DNA from: Candidatus Nomurabacteria bacterium
Lineage (GTDB): Bacteria > Patescibacteriota > Patescibacteriia > HK-STAS-PATE-3
Length of the DNA stretch: 64,000 bases
Assembly: GCA_023898465.1 (NCBI GenBank)
Contig: CP060223.1
Location: 512,001 to 576,000, forward strand
Direction: 5' to 3'
Shown: positions 17,501 to 26,963 of the stretch, piece by piece
Layout: the number at the start of each line of letters is the position of its first letter
Numbering within the stretch: the stretch's first letter is position 1
Notes under the pieces: generated by a model
Database searches by the model: none
The model's input: only the letters and a program-made list of their open reading frames with translations
Told to the model about the DNA's origin: nothing
Position numbers and translations under genes: made by a program

Positions 17501-19943
17501 CTCTAATTAAGGTAGTGGTGCTATAGGTCCCATCGATTTGGGCTTTTGCGTTCCAGCTTGCACTATATTCAGTGTAATTAGTTTCATCGATGTCTTTAGG
17601 ATCGGTTGCCCCGGATGATAGCCCTGTGGTCACGTTAAACCAATCAAGGCCATTATTTAACGAATATTCAAAACTCGGGGTCACCTGTCCTGAGCCAGAG
17701 CTGCCATCTGGGTCACGAACTGAGTAAGTGATAAGCACGCTACCATCACTGCTTTGCTGGGTAGCTGTTGGTGCGCCCTCAAACTCAGGCGGTGCATTTA
17801 CCACATACACCATAGTTGCATCATACAGTGTTGGCGCCGCATAACCGTTTGAAGACTCTAGCCATACCTTATACTGCATCCACTGATCATTCGTACTATC
17901 GGTATGAGTGCTATTCACCGTCTCTCCGCCACTTGGATCAGTATAATAATCCCCTGTGCCGCTAGGACCAAGCCAGCTTGACCAAGTACCAGGAGATCCT
18001 GAGCTATCTGGAGCGGTCCGAATCTGAAATTTGATTTCAGTACCACTCGGTAGATTTTCTGTCCAGCGCATACCCCCCAGCGCATTTAATGCATCGGTGC
18101 TATCAAAAGCAGATGAGGTCAGTGTTTGTGATGATGGGTATTGTTGATAACCGATGCTAATGTCTTCAAAGTGCGGCGAAGCACTAGTATCACTCGTCGA
18201 CATACTCACTCGATATTGAATGTATTGCTCACCATCCGTGACGCAAGCGTCAGAACTAATATCATTCCCGCTCGTTAAATTACCGCATCCGGACCAATCA
18301 GGTGCTCCACTCATGCCTGAATCATTTGAGGTACGAGCCTGAACAGTTAAAGTGGTGCTTCCTGGAACGGTAGCATTCCAACTTAAGGTATCAAAAACAG
18401 TGTTTCCGTTTGTATTAAGTGCCGCTGAGGTGAAAGTGCCCGGTGTAAGATAGGTTGAAGGAATATTAATGGCTAATCCGCTTGCACCATCAGCCATATA
18501 GCTAGTGGTGCCTGATTGCAACACATGTTTTCCGAGCGCGGTAAGTGCGGTGCTGCTCACTTCTGATGGAGAGGTTGGATTGCTCACATCAAGCACTTTT
18601 AAGCTTGCGTCATCAATAATGTACAAGTCTGTGCCTACCGCCTCTACTGAACGCACATCAGTCAAACCTGTACTATAAGCCCCTATGCGAACCGGGACAG
18701 ATGGATTACTAATATCAATAATAGTGACACCAACCGAGGAGTCTGCGGTATATGCGTAGCTACCTACTATAGCTACATCATATCCTTCATCAAAGGCTTC
18801 AAAATCATACGAATATCCTCGTACACCGCTAATAGAACCCGGGGTTCCAATATTGTATATGTTTAAACTCGCAGCCTCTCCGTAATCATCGTACCCAACC
18901 CCATATAAGTAATCACCATCAGCAACCAGGCGATACGGTCTTGCTTGATATGAAACGTTTGACGCACTGAGACTTGGGTTTACCGGATCCGCCAAAGACA
19001 ACACATAAATGCGCATCACACGACAAAAACCTGAACAACCTCCTACTGCAAAACCGGCATACAAATATGATCCACGAAGGTATACGCTGTACACCTCTCC
19101 CGTGCTTGTATATTGCCCTACTAAGCTCGGCGCATTTTTGTTGCTAATATCCACTACACGAACATCACCGGTATAGTCAGCAAGATACGCATAGTTGCCT
19201 GAAACGGTAACGTCTCGCGCGTCGTTTGTGTCGACACTACCAAGGGGCTGAGGTGATAAAGGATTCGAAATATCAAAAATTTTCAAACCATCAACGCCAT
19301 CGGCAATATAGGCATAATTACCGTCGACAAAAACTCCTTTTGCGTCAGTGGTGTCGGAATAGGCAGTGCCACCACTTGATTGGGCCAACTCAACATAGGC
19401 CCCACTTCCCGATCCCGTGACTTGAGTGCTACTCGTGGTACCTGTACCAAAATCAGCATCACTCGTTTGCACGAGAGACTGCGACGTGGTAGTTAAGCTT
19501 AGTTCCGTGCCAATGTTAAGGTTTGCATCAGCTGCTGAGTACTCATTCCAACCTGTCTGATCACCTGGATGCTGAGCAGTATTTGCAGTTTGACCACCGC
19601 TCCAGTCTGTCTGCACCCAATAATAAGTGGCCGCTCGAGAGGAACCAATAGTGAGAGCCCAAAATGTCACGCTAATGAGTAAAACAGACGAAATAATTGC
19701 TCCTGCGTAACGTCGAGAACTTTTAAAAGGCTTTATTACCTTTTGCGCTACCTTTTTATTACGTTTTAAGGAAATGGCAAGTACCCATCCAAAATATAAT
19801 GGGATAAACGCGGTATAAGGACGCTGCTTCTTGCGTTTCGCGCGAAGAAGCGTTGTTTTTTTCTGTAAGCTGGCTGATAAAGAAAATATTCCGAAACCAG
19901 CTCTTTTTGGGGGGCTTTTTTTCGCCGACCTTTTTTTGGTCAC
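14523..19943 (-). CDS. Giant (1806 aa) cell-surface protein with LVIVD beta-propeller repeats and multiple Ig/FN3-like beta-sandwich repeats
   Basis: N-terminal basic region plus a TM anchor (AGAIISSVLLISVTFWALTIG). LVIVD-repeat signature (GNYAYIADGVDGLKIFDISNPLSPQPLGS ... VSGNYAYLADYTGDVRVVDISN). A long Ser/Thr-rich region with repeated roughly 90-aa beta-sandwich-like units (YTVYRSTDG..., TTYYFRVRSED..., TTYHYQVRS...). GTG start at 19943. Confidence 0.8.
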   Translation of the reverse strand: MTKKRSAKKSPPKRAGFGIFSLSASLQKKTTLLRAKRKKQRPYTAFIPLYFGWVLAISLKRNKKVAQKVIKPFKSSRRYAGAIISSVLLISVTFWALTIGSSRAATYYWVQTDWSGGQTANTAQHPGDQTGWNEYSAADANLNIGTELSLTTTSQSLVQTSDADFGTGTTSSTQVTGSGSGAYVELAQSSGGTAYSDTTDAKGVFVDGNYAYIADGVDGLKIFDISNPLSPQPLGSVDTNDARDVTVSGNYAYLADYTGDVRVVDISNKNAPSLVGQYTSTGEVYSVYLRGSYLYAGFAVGGCSGFCRVMRIYVLSLADPVNPSLSASNVSYQARPYRLVADGDYLYGVGYDDYGEAASLNIYNIGTPGSISGVRGYSYDFEAFDEGYDVAIVGSYAYTADSSVGVTIIDISNPSVPVRIGAYSTGLTDVRSVEAVGTDLYIIDDASLKVLDVSNPTSPSEVSSTALTALGKHVLQSGTTSYMADGASGLAINIPSTYLTPGTFTSAALNTNGNTVFDTLSWNATVPGSTTLTVQARTSNDSGMSGAPDWSGCGNLTSGNDISSDACVTDGEQYIQYRVSMSTSDTSASPHFEDISIGYQQYPSSQTLTSSAFDSTDALNALGGMRWTENLPSGTEIKFQIRTAPDSSGSPGTWSSWLGPSGTGDYYTDPSGGETVNSTHTDSTNDQWMQYKVWLESSNGYAAPTLYDATMVYVVNAPPEFEGAPTATQQSSDGSVLITYSVRDPDGSSGSGQVTPSFEYSLNNGLDWFNVTTGLSSGATDPKDIDETNYTEYSASWNAKAQIDGTYSTTTLIRVTIDDGELANNTASDETSAFTLDVKDPVLGSPAIVVDARTDPASLDLSGSDDSSLEMQVSLRSDFVGATWVSYASSSTISLVTDPDTVYVRFRDAYKNTSSSASAVTPETPTTVIIRDISNVEADAYQLFISWKAVALPDPGFSEYTVYRSTDGTSYSTISHISDRAINYYLDQSVTADTSYWYKISSEDSDGNFSYYSAVVSESANGQGGTDSTPPTISNVATSQIGTQTVTITWETDELSDSTIGYSDTPADFGTTIGVATLMDNEAGVGVHRVILTGLDPSTTYYFRVRSEDPGGNSATDSDGGDGYTVTTLSGPAISNVSTQEVSNTEASISWLTDVESDSHVFYSVNSDMSDAIEVGLDTPPTMNHLVKLSGLTNGTLYYYYVTSGVAFDNNGGEYYSFVTTSDTVPPVLSNIQADPVIDTRAVVTWLSNERATSQLRYGTSSGNYTVTTSLDESLNLTHLVTLSNLSPKTTYYYTVSSVDASGNSTTSTEKSFSTLEMLSEESDVEQREQDAIDGSKDETNPSITGIEVVNISDSAATVRWTTSEEANSFIQFGLTTVYGTIYGDWTYATSHSLTLQQLNSGSTYHYRVISVDASGNTSITGDKTFTTSGTAPIDRNNPDEIKNILEENLDLLNDLYGNVSIDILELSLEEQYQLIEELSKIIPTPLISGEPRVDVGPTSVTIQWRTDKDSNALVAYASDADFALAQQYTQVVGDAETYSTTHSVTVYNLQPDTTYHYQVRSRTKISQTTQSADFSFTTDPQVFDIQNYAVEKISSEEAVFRWTTTRDADATVRVIPYRNNIKAVDELSSVRDDTQTIIHQVTVDSFESGVTYAIELVSVDADGNTVSKTLDSFVTGDENAPPLISQIQTDSALSPGRDTKVQTIISWLTNEPATSRVYYRQGVASADEAITEATPLDTNYTKRHVVVLTSFEPGSVYQFKVESTDSSGQTSVSEPLTILTPQQEQTVVQVILGSVQDLFGWLNLF

Positions 19944-19988
19944 GACAAAATTATCCCACTTTTTCCACTATTGAGCAAGTGAAAACTA

Positions 19989-21188
19989 TTACTTATATCG
20001 CAGCGCTTCCAATGGATCCATATTTGCAGCGCGACGTGAAGGAAAAATACCAGTTAAGAAACCGATGAAGGTGGAAAAAACAATAATAACCACAACAAAC
20101 CACAGTGGTTCATAAAATAAATCTAAAGAGCGTCCACCTAAGCGCATCGCCAGGAAATTTAATCCAACATTAGTAATTTGACCAGCCAAAAATCCTAATA
20201 ATACGCCACCCAGACCACCGAGAAAGCCCATCAACATTGACTCGATTAAAAACATCTTACGAATATCCGCTCGCGTAACACCAACCGAGCGCATAATACC
20301 TATTTCATTAATACGTTCGAGTAAGGCAATTGTCATGGTATTAAACATACCAATTGCTGAAACAACTAAGGCAATTAATCCAAAGAGACCGAGGATGATT
20401 TGTAGCACGTTAAATATCTGATTTGCCTGGGAGATGATGTCGGATAATGAGGAAACAAGGTATCCACGAGCAATAATTTGATCACGAACAGTCGCCAGCG
20501 CATCCTGCTCAGCTACTTTCACCTTTACTAGGTCATAGGACTCAATGTCATCAATGCCCAACTCTTGAAGCGGCACATAGGCAAAACTTGATGTTTCATC
20601 TTCAATAATTCCCTGAACTGTGAAGCTCTGCTCCACCTCACGCACATCAACGGTTTCAAAACCCTGCTCATCAAGCTGTGCCACATATACGGTCATAGTC
20701 ACTTCTTGATGCAACATCTCGTCAGCACTCTTATTAAAGAGCTTAGCGGCAGCACTTGATAACACAATTGCCTGACTTGCCTCACTGCTAAATATTTCAC
20801 CTTGATCGACTTGCAAGCCATGTAGTCTGAAAAAATTTGGGTCTACTGCTTGTAAAAGGGAGTCACTGCTCAAGCCCTGGAAGTGGATCTGGCCGGAAAA
20901 GCTCTTCAAACGCGCAGTTTCTGTTACCTCTGGTAAATCCTCTAGATTCTTTAAGGATGCGTCATCCAACACAACCAAGCCGGAATCTCCAGGGGCAACA
21001 TCTAAGCTTAACAATGCATCGGCGGTGGTAATTTGGCTTAAAATAACTCTTTGTAAACCATAGCCTAGCGATACGAGGAAGAGCACTGCGCCAATACCGA
21101 TACCCACGCCTAAGATCGTTAAAAAGGTCCGCATTGGACGGGTAGTAAACATACGCGTCGAAAGTGAAAGGAGATCCGGAATACGCAT
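19989..21188 (-). CDS. ABC transporter permease, FtsX/MacB-like
   Basis: N-terminal TM helix, a large periplasmic domain and a C-terminal FtsX-type 3-TM bundle (GIMRSVGVTRADIRKMFLIESMLMG). ATG at 21186-21188, 2 nt after the ATPase stop. Confidence 0.85.
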   Translation of the reverse strand: MRIPDLLSLSTRMFTTRPMRTFLTILGVGIGIGAVLFLVSLGYGLQRVILSQITTADALLSLDVAPGDSGLVVLDDASLKNLEDLPEVTETARLKSFSGQIHFQGLSSDSLLQAVDPNFFRLHGLQVDQGEIFSSEASQAIVLSSAAAKLFNKSADEMLHQEVTMTVYVAQLDEQGFETVDVREVEQSFTVQGIIEDETSSFAYVPLQELGIDDIESYDLVKVKVAEQDALATVRDQIIARGYLVSSLSDIISQANQIFNVLQIILGLFGLIALVVSAIGMFNTMTIALLERINEIGIMRSVGVTRADIRKMFLIESMLMGFLGGLGGVLLGFLAGQITNVGLNFLAMRLGGRSLDLFYEPLWFVVVIIVFSTFIGFLTGIFPSRRAANMDPLEALRYK

Positions 21189-21190
21189 AC

Positions 21191-22537
21191 TTACTCGACC
21201 TGATACTTACCTAACATAATTAGTTCTAGACGGCGAGCTAATTTACGAGCTGTTTGTCTGTTATATCCTAAGCCGCCCTCATCCCACGGTAAATCAAATT
21301 GACGAAAAGCTTCTTTTTGATCAATAACACCCTGTAAACGATTTTGAAGTACTGTATTGAAACGACGCAGTTCATCCGCGCTCCTCATATGAATAGCAAA
21401 CACATCGAGGAGATAATGTCGAATTGTGTGCACTCGTTCTTCTTCGCTTGTAGCTTGCGCTTCGCCCTCTCTTTGCTGAAGTAGTTTAATTTCCTCGACA
21501 AGCTGGGCGATCTTTTCAGTCATCTTTTCTGCGGTGCGATGATCCAAGCCAAAGCCGCCGTCCTCAATATTGAGGTCAAGTAACTGTTCTAAACGCTGAT
21601 CCTCACGCAGCCCGCTCATCAACATGTGCTGCACTTGCTCCTCTAGCTTTGACAATTGAGGAAGTGTTAATCCTGTCAGCACCTCGGTAACAATCTCACG
21701 CGACTTATAGGGCAGAAGCAAATGTTCAATATGCTGAGGCTCTAAGGTGGTATATGATCGCAGGAGTAATTCGAGATTATGCGGCACAACGGGCGGCACC
21801 TCTTTTACCTCTTTCACGCCGGGATGAATAGCTCGGTTCACTTTCGTCTGAATGATCTGCCCATCCTTCATATAAAAAACCCGATGGGCTAAATGCAAAT
21901 GGGCCGGATTATGCGTGACGAGAATAATCGTCTTATTTCTTTTCTCATTTAGCTCATGAATCAAATCCATCACATCATTGGCTGACTTTGAATCAAGGTT
22001 TCCAACCGGCTCATCCGCAAGCACAATGTCGGGATTATTTACTAGAGCGCGACAAATAGCCACTCGTTGCTGCTGACCACCAGAAAGCTCTGTTGGCAAT
22101 TTTTCAGCCTGGGTAATCACGCCAAAGTGCTTGAGAAGCTCGTTAGCAAGCTTAGTTCGCTCGGCCACCGCAGTATGAATTGCCATTTGCGGCAAAAGTA
22201 CATTTTTGCGAACTGATAAGGTTGGTATCAAATAGAAGGCTTGAAAAATCATGCCAATCTTATGCTGGCGATACTCAGCAATCTCTCGCATGGTCAGATG
22301 AGCAATGTCTTTTTTATCTACTGAAATATTTCCATGCGTATGGGTTTCTAGGCCAGCAATTGAATAGAGTAAGGTAGACTTTCCACAACCCGAAGGGCCA
22401 AAGAAAATAATAAATTCACCTGGATAAATTTCCAGGTTAATACGCTGAAGTGCTTTCACTTCATTCTTGCGACCCATAAAATAGGTCACGTTAAGGTCTT
22501 TTACTTCAATAATTGGCTGTAGTACTTGCTTGCCCAC
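21191..22537 (-). CDS. ABC transporter ATP-binding protein (MacB/LolD-like) with an unusual roughly 220-aa C-terminal extension
   Basis: Walker A GPSGCGKST, signature LSGGQQQRVAICRAL, Walker B ILADEP. The C-terminal half has no recognisable domain but contains an internal repeat (EDGGFGLDHRTAEKMTEKIAQL / DEGGLGYNRQTARKLARRLELI). GTG start. Confidence 0.85.
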   Translation of the reverse strand: MGKQVLQPIIEVKDLNVTYFMGRKNEVKALQRINLEIYPGEFIIFFGPSGCGKSTLLYSIAGLETHTHGNISVDKKDIAHLTMREIAEYRQHKIGMIFQAFYLIPTLSVRKNVLLPQMAIHTAVAERTKLANELLKHFGVITQAEKLPTELSGGQQQRVAICRALVNNPDIVLADEPVGNLDSKSANDVMDLIHELNEKRNKTIILVTHNPAHLHLAHRVFYMKDGQIIQTKVNRAIHPGVKEVKEVPPVVPHNLELLLRSYTTLEPQHIEHLLLPYKSREIVTEVLTGLTLPQLSKLEEQVQHMLMSGLREDQRLEQLLDLNIEDGGFGLDHRTAEKMTEKIAQLVEEIKLLQQREGEAQATSEEERVHTIRHYLLDVFAIHMRSADELRRFNTVLQNRLQGVIDQKEAFRQFDLPWDEGGLGYNRQTARKLARRLELIMLGKYQVE

Positions 22538-22597
22538 CTTCGCGTATACTCCGACAGCTGAATAAAACTCTTTTAAGTATACGCTTTTTTGAGGAAC

Positions 22598-23716
22598 TTA
22601 TCTAGTTTTTGCCTGCCAAATAGGCATTTGCGCAAGTTCCGCCATTGCTTCACTTGCCTCAATAATTCCCCCTCCAATAAGCTCATCCCCTTGATAAAAC
22701 ACGATGAACTGTCCTGGCGTGACTGCACGCTGTGCTGTAGTGAAAGAAACGCGCAAGTGCCCATCCTGCTTCTCAATCACGCAATCCTGGGCTGGCTGAC
22801 GGTAACGAATGCGAGCCTGGCAATGATAAGGAAATTCTGGCTCTCTCATTGTCCAACTTGGCTCAATCATGCTCAGCCAGGTAGAGTAAAGCAAAGGGTG
22901 CTTATTCCCCTGCACGGCAATAAGACGATTATGCTCGGTATCTTTTACTGCCACATAGTACGGAATACCCGTGCCGCTCACCCCTAGGCCTTCTCGCTGG
23001 CCAATGGTGGCAAATATACTTCCCTGGTGCTGACCAATAACCTTACCCTCTGGAGTTATCACCTCGCCGGGCTGCTTGTGCAAGCGTGTTTGTAAAAATT
23101 CAGCGATATTCACTGGACCAACAAAGCAGATACCCTGGCTGTCTTTTTTCTCCGCTGTGCGCAGTCCGGCTTCTCGCGCCATCTTTCGCACTTCAGGTTT
23201 TGTATACTCACCGATTGGAAAAAACGCGTAGGGCAAACTGCGCTGATCTAAACTCATGAGAAAATACGACTGATCTTTGTTGCTATCTAAACCCTGGAGA
23301 AGATGAGACCCATCTGCATCATGACGCACTCGGGCATAATGTCCGGTTGCAACTGCATCATATCCTTCGGCAAGCGCCCGTTGTAAAAATAATCCAAACT
23401 TAATCTCCTTATTACAAAGAATATCAGGATTTGGCGTGCGACCTGCAGCGTATTCTGCAAAGAAGATATCCATAACCCGTTGACGATACTCTTCTTCAAA
23501 ATCCCAGACTTCGAAAGGAATGCCTAACTGGGTAGCAACCCGGACCGCATCTTTGCGATCAGCTTCTTCTGAGCAGTATGGCGAAATCTTGGACTTGGTC
23601 CAGTTTTTCATAAATACGCCCGTGATGTCATATCCTTGGTCTCGCAATAAAAGTGCGGCAACCGAAGAATCAACCCCACCGGACATACCTACGGCGATTT
23701 TTTTCTTCTTCGTCAT
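22598..23716 (-). CDS. mnmA: tRNA-specific 2-thiouridylase
   Basis: PP-loop SGGVDSS, plus CSEEAD and catalytic Cys motifs characteristic of MnmA. ATG at 23714-23716 (MTKKKKIAVGMSGG). Confidence 0.9.
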   Translation of the reverse strand: MTKKKKIAVGMSGGVDSSVAALLLRDQGYDITGVFMKNWTKSKISPYCSEEADRKDAVRVATQLGIPFEVWDFEEEYRQRVMDIFFAEYAAGRTPNPDILCNKEIKFGLFLQRALAEGYDAVATGHYARVRHDADGSHLLQGLDSNKDQSYFLMSLDQRSLPYAFFPIGEYTKPEVRKMAREAGLRTAEKKDSQGICFVGPVNIAEFLQTRLHKQPGEVITPEGKVIGQHQGSIFATIGQREGLGVSGTGIPYYVAVKDTEHNRLIAVQGNKHPLLYSTWLSMIEPSWTMREPEFPYHCQARIRYRQPAQDCVIEKQDGHLRVSFTTAQRAVTPGQFIVFYQGDELIGGGIIEASEAMAELAQMPIWQAKTR

Positions 23717-23759
23717 AGCGACGCAATGTACCACATGCCGAAGCCTGATGCAAGCATCT

Positions 23760-24905
23760 TTACTTGCCTAGCGCGGTATAGAGGTCATAGACATCAGTCG
23801 TACCCTCTCGCAAAACTTCAACATACATACGGACGCTCCCATCGCTCTGCGTAATAACTTCCGGCTGTCGAATACTGCGATTGTTTGGACCGAGCAATAC
23901 GGCTTGATTGGTTTTCGTAAAAGTGAGTCCATCACTGCTCTCGGCTTGGAAAATTGCCAAGCTTTGTACAATGTTCCCGTCTTGCGAAATGTCACTTCGC
24001 GGCGCAGCGTAATAGAGAATGTAATCCTCCCCTAGGTAGTGAAGCGCTGGATCATATACCGTTGCGGCTATGCGTTCACCTTCCCAGATCCAGTCCTGAC
24101 CAACATTTTCTGAAAGCATGCTCACAATTCGATCACCCTGAGACTCATATACCATACGCAAGTTGCCATTTGGGAGAAGCAGGAGATCAGGACTACTCAA
24201 CAAGCCTGCATCATTACGAGCACCATCAACAATTTTGCCGTGCTGGCTAAAACGCAATCCATCAGAAGAAAAGGCTACATAAAAAGCGCGAGGTTGATCA
24301 ATCTGCGGCACTTCAATTTTTTGTCGAGGTGATAACTCATACACCATGATGAAATACTCACTCGAAATTTGAAGCACTGCTGGATTATGAATTTCCGGAC
24401 GGCGATCAAAAGGAATGCTAGTGTCCTCAGAAATGCCGGTTGACTCGGGATCACCAAATTCTACCCCATCTTGAGAAGTTCTCCGATAAATATTCCCATC
24501 CTGCACATAGTAGAGTGCGATCGTGCCATCGGGGTACACAATACTTGAAACATTAGTAATACCTCGTAAGATCGGCTCATCACTGAGGGTCCAGCTTTGT
24601 GGCGCGTCAAGGTCAGGCGCTTCTGGTATGACAAAGGAATAATCGTTTTCTGCGCTTGAGGTATTGGTGATAGGCCCCGGGGTTAATGTAGTTCCAGGGT
24701 TATACCAACGGGTGAGCAGAGCTATGCTAAAAAGGACAATTGAAAGCACAAGTGTCTGCCAATACAAACGCGGAATACTATACAACTTTGTTTTTTTGTT
24801 TCGCGTCGACCTAATCCGATTCCTCAAGGTCGTCCCAGCGACCGAGGATTTCCTTTTGGGTCTGCTGGAGGCACGACGCGCAGTAGTCTTCACTGCCCTC
24901 CTCAT
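23760..24905 (-). CDS. Membrane-anchored secreted hypothetical protein, possible beta-propeller (BNR/glycoside-hydrolase-like) fold
   Basis: Basic N-terminus and TM anchor (LYWQTLVLSIVLFSIALL). Repeated S-x-D-G-x-x-F motifs (AFSSDGLRFSQ, ESSDGLTFTK) reminiscent of BNR or GH32/43 propellers. The fold call is low confidence. Confidence 0.45.
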   Translation of the reverse strand: MRRAVKTTARRASSRPKRKSSVAGTTLRNRIRSTRNKKTKLYSIPRLYWQTLVLSIVLFSIALLTRWYNPGTTLTPGPITNTSSAENDYSFVIPEAPDLDAPQSWTLSDEPILRGITNVSSIVYPDGTIALYYVQDGNIYRRTSQDGVEFGDPESTGISEDTSIPFDRRPEIHNPAVLQISSEYFIMVYELSPRQKIEVPQIDQPRAFYVAFSSDGLRFSQHGKIVDGARNDAGLLSSPDLLLLPNGNLRMVYESQGDRIVSMLSENVGQDWIWEGERIAATVYDPALHYLGEDYILYYAAPRSDISQDGNIVQSLAIFQAESSDGLTFTKTNQAVLLGPNNRSIRQPEVITQSDGSVRMYVEVLREGTTDVYDLYTALGK

Positions 24906-25023
24906 ATTTTTTCTTGCACTGTTTACAAGTTTTCACTGACTCAGTATAACAGAAATCTTTTTTTAGCCCAAAAAAACCAAAGTGGCATGGAAAGAAACAA
25001 TACGTTATACTGCTCGTATGCAT
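24811..25023 (-). CDS. Possible small zinc-ribbon protein (70 aa) overlapping the 5' end of the 23760-24905 gene in another frame
   Basis: ATG at 25021-25023. CKQCKKKYEEGSEDYCASC forms a CxxC-x11-CxxC zinc ribbon with an acidic tail. It overlaps 95 nt of the neighbouring CDS, so it may be spurious. Confidence 0.2.
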   Translation of the reverse strand: MHTSSITYCFFPCHFGFFGLKKDFCYTESVKTCKQCKKKYEEGSEDYCASCLQQTQKEILGRWDDLEESD

Positions 25024-25398
25024 ATTATTTTTCGTTGGATTCTTAACGCACTCGCCCTCCTCCTGGTCGCCTATCTCCTGCCTGGATTTGCGGTTGATTC
25101 TTTTTATGCCGCGCTTATTACCGCGCTTATCCTAGGCATCCTGAACGCGGTTATCCGACCGCTGCTCATCATCCTCACCCTGCCCGTTACCATCCTCACT
25201 CTCGGACTTTTCACCTTTGTGATTAATGCCCTGCTTATCTGGTTTGTAGCGAGCTTTGTGCAAGGATTTCAGGTTGATGGATTTGGACCTGCTTTCCTAG
25301 CTGGATTACTACTTTGGATTATTTCTTGGTTCACCAACGGACTTACAAAAAAGCGCAACACAAAACCAAAAGTGGAAGTATTAGGTCAACCTAAATAG
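25018..25398 (+). CDS. Phage holin family 4_2 / DUF360 (YvlD-like) membrane protein
   Basis: MHIIFRWILNALALLLVAYLLPGFAV...NAVIRPLLIILTLPVTILTLGLFTFVINALLIW matches the DUF360 signature. ATG at 25018-25020. Confidence 0.65.
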   Translation: MHIIFRWILNALALLLVAYLLPGFAVDSFYAALITALILGILNAVIRPLLIILTLPVTILTLGLFTFVINALLIWFVASFVQGFQVDGFGPAFLAGLLLWIISWFTNGLTKKRNTKPKVEVLGQPK

Positions 25399-25404
25399 CC
25401 CTGC

Positions 25405-26886
25405 ATGCAACGCGCCTCCGGAGTCTTACTGCCGGTCTCTTCACTACCTAGTCCCTATGGCATTGGTGATTTTGGGCCATCTGCGTATACCTATGTAGAT
25501 TGGCTGCAGGAAGCAGGTCAGAGATACTGGACCATCCTGCCTCTCCTTATCCCTGACTCGCTGGGGTCACCCTTTAATACCGTTTCCGCCTTTGCGCTGA
25601 ATTGGCAACTTATTAGCCCGGAACTTCTGGTACAACAGAAACTCCTTGATGCAAAAACTGCTCGTGCGCTACAGAGTGATGCAAAACGAGTTCGCCATCG
25701 TGAGGTAGCGCAAACAAAACGCCGAATTTTGCACCAAGCTTGGAAATATTTCCTTCTTCATGCAAGCGCTCAGCAACGGCGTGACTTTGCTGCTTTTCAA
25801 AAGCAAGAAAAAGACTGGCTAGACGATTTTGCGCTTTATATGGCAATCAAAGAAACGCAGCGAGGTCGACCCTGGTTTCGTTGGATCAACGTCTATCGAG
25901 AACGAGATTTTAAAGCACTGCAAAAGTTTCGCGAGAAACAAAGCGATAGGATACAGCAGCACGCTTTTGGCCAATGGGTTGCTACTCAACAATGGCAGTC
26001 ATTAAAAGACTATGCCAATAAAAAAGGTGTGCGTATTTTTGGCGATCTCCCTTTCGCCGTAGCGCATGACAGCGTTGATGTTTGGAGTCATCCAGAACTT
26101 TTTTACATAAGCCCGCAGGGTAAATCCCTCCAAGTACTTGGAGTTCCACCTGATAGTTTTTCTAAAACCGGACAACTGTGGGGTTCACCGGCTTATAAGT
26201 GGAAAAAACACGCAGCTACTCACTTCCAGTGGTGGGTGCAACGCTTTGCTAAAGCAAGTCAGCTCTATGACATGCTCCGGCTCGATCATTTCCGTGGTTA
26301 CGCAGCGAACTGGGTTATTCCTGGAAAAGCAAAAACAGCCAAGGGTGGACACTGGGAAAAAGTGCCTGGTAAAAAACTCTTCCGCGCAATTCAGAAAAAG
26401 GCTCAACACCTACACTGTGTGGCCGAAGACCTGGGTGTCATAACACCGGATGTGATTGCGCTAAGGAATGCTCTTCAATTTCCCGGCATGCGCATACTTG
26501 AATTTGGCCTAAGTGATGGCAAGCGAAGTGTGCACCATCCTGATAATTATCCAATAAACTGTGTAGCCTATACCGGCACCCACGACCTCCCTCCACTCAA
26601 ACAGTGGTTCCACAATGCAAAGCGCACAAGTAAAATGAATGCGACACGCTATGGGCAGAGCGACACCCAACACATTGGGCAAAATCTCATCCACGCCCTG
26701 CTATGGAACAAAGCGAAAATAGTAATCATACAAATGCAAGACCTGCTTGCGCTTGGCCAGGGCAGCCGTATAAACACCCCAGCCACCAAGCGAAATAACT
26801 GGAGCTGGAGATTGACTTCGACCTCTCTCAGCAAAAAAACAGCGCGAGAGCTAAAAAGTCTGCTCAAAGAAACGCGTCGGATCTAG
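25405..26886 (+). CDS. malQ: 4-alpha-glucanotransferase (amylomaltase, GH77)
   Basis: N-terminal GVLLPVSSLPSPYGIGDFG and conserved GH77 catalytic regions (FRLDHFRGY, CVAEDLG). 493 aa. Confidence 0.9.
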   Translation: MQRASGVLLPVSSLPSPYGIGDFGPSAYTYVDWLQEAGQRYWTILPLLIPDSLGSPFNTVSAFALNWQLISPELLVQQKLLDAKTARALQSDAKRVRHREVAQTKRRILHQAWKYFLLHASAQQRRDFAAFQKQEKDWLDDFALYMAIKETQRGRPWFRWINVYRERDFKALQKFREKQSDRIQQHAFGQWVATQQWQSLKDYANKKGVRIFGDLPFAVAHDSVDVWSHPELFYISPQGKSLQVLGVPPDSFSKTGQLWGSPAYKWKKHAATHFQWWVQRFAKASQLYDMLRLDHFRGYAANWVIPGKAKTAKGGHWEKVPGKKLFRAIQKKAQHLHCVAEDLGVITPDVIALRNALQFPGMRILEFGLSDGKRSVHHPDNYPINCVAYTGTHDLPPLKQWFHNAKRTSKMNATRYGQSDTQHIGQNLIHALLWNKAKIVIIQMQDLLALGQGSRINTPATKRNNWSWRLTSTSLSKKTARELKSLLKETRRI

Positions 26887-26963
26887 TCTTTACTTTTCTT
26901 GTAGAATGCGATAAGTATTGTACAGATTTTGGATAGGTCGCACATTAAAATGGAGGTAATCGG

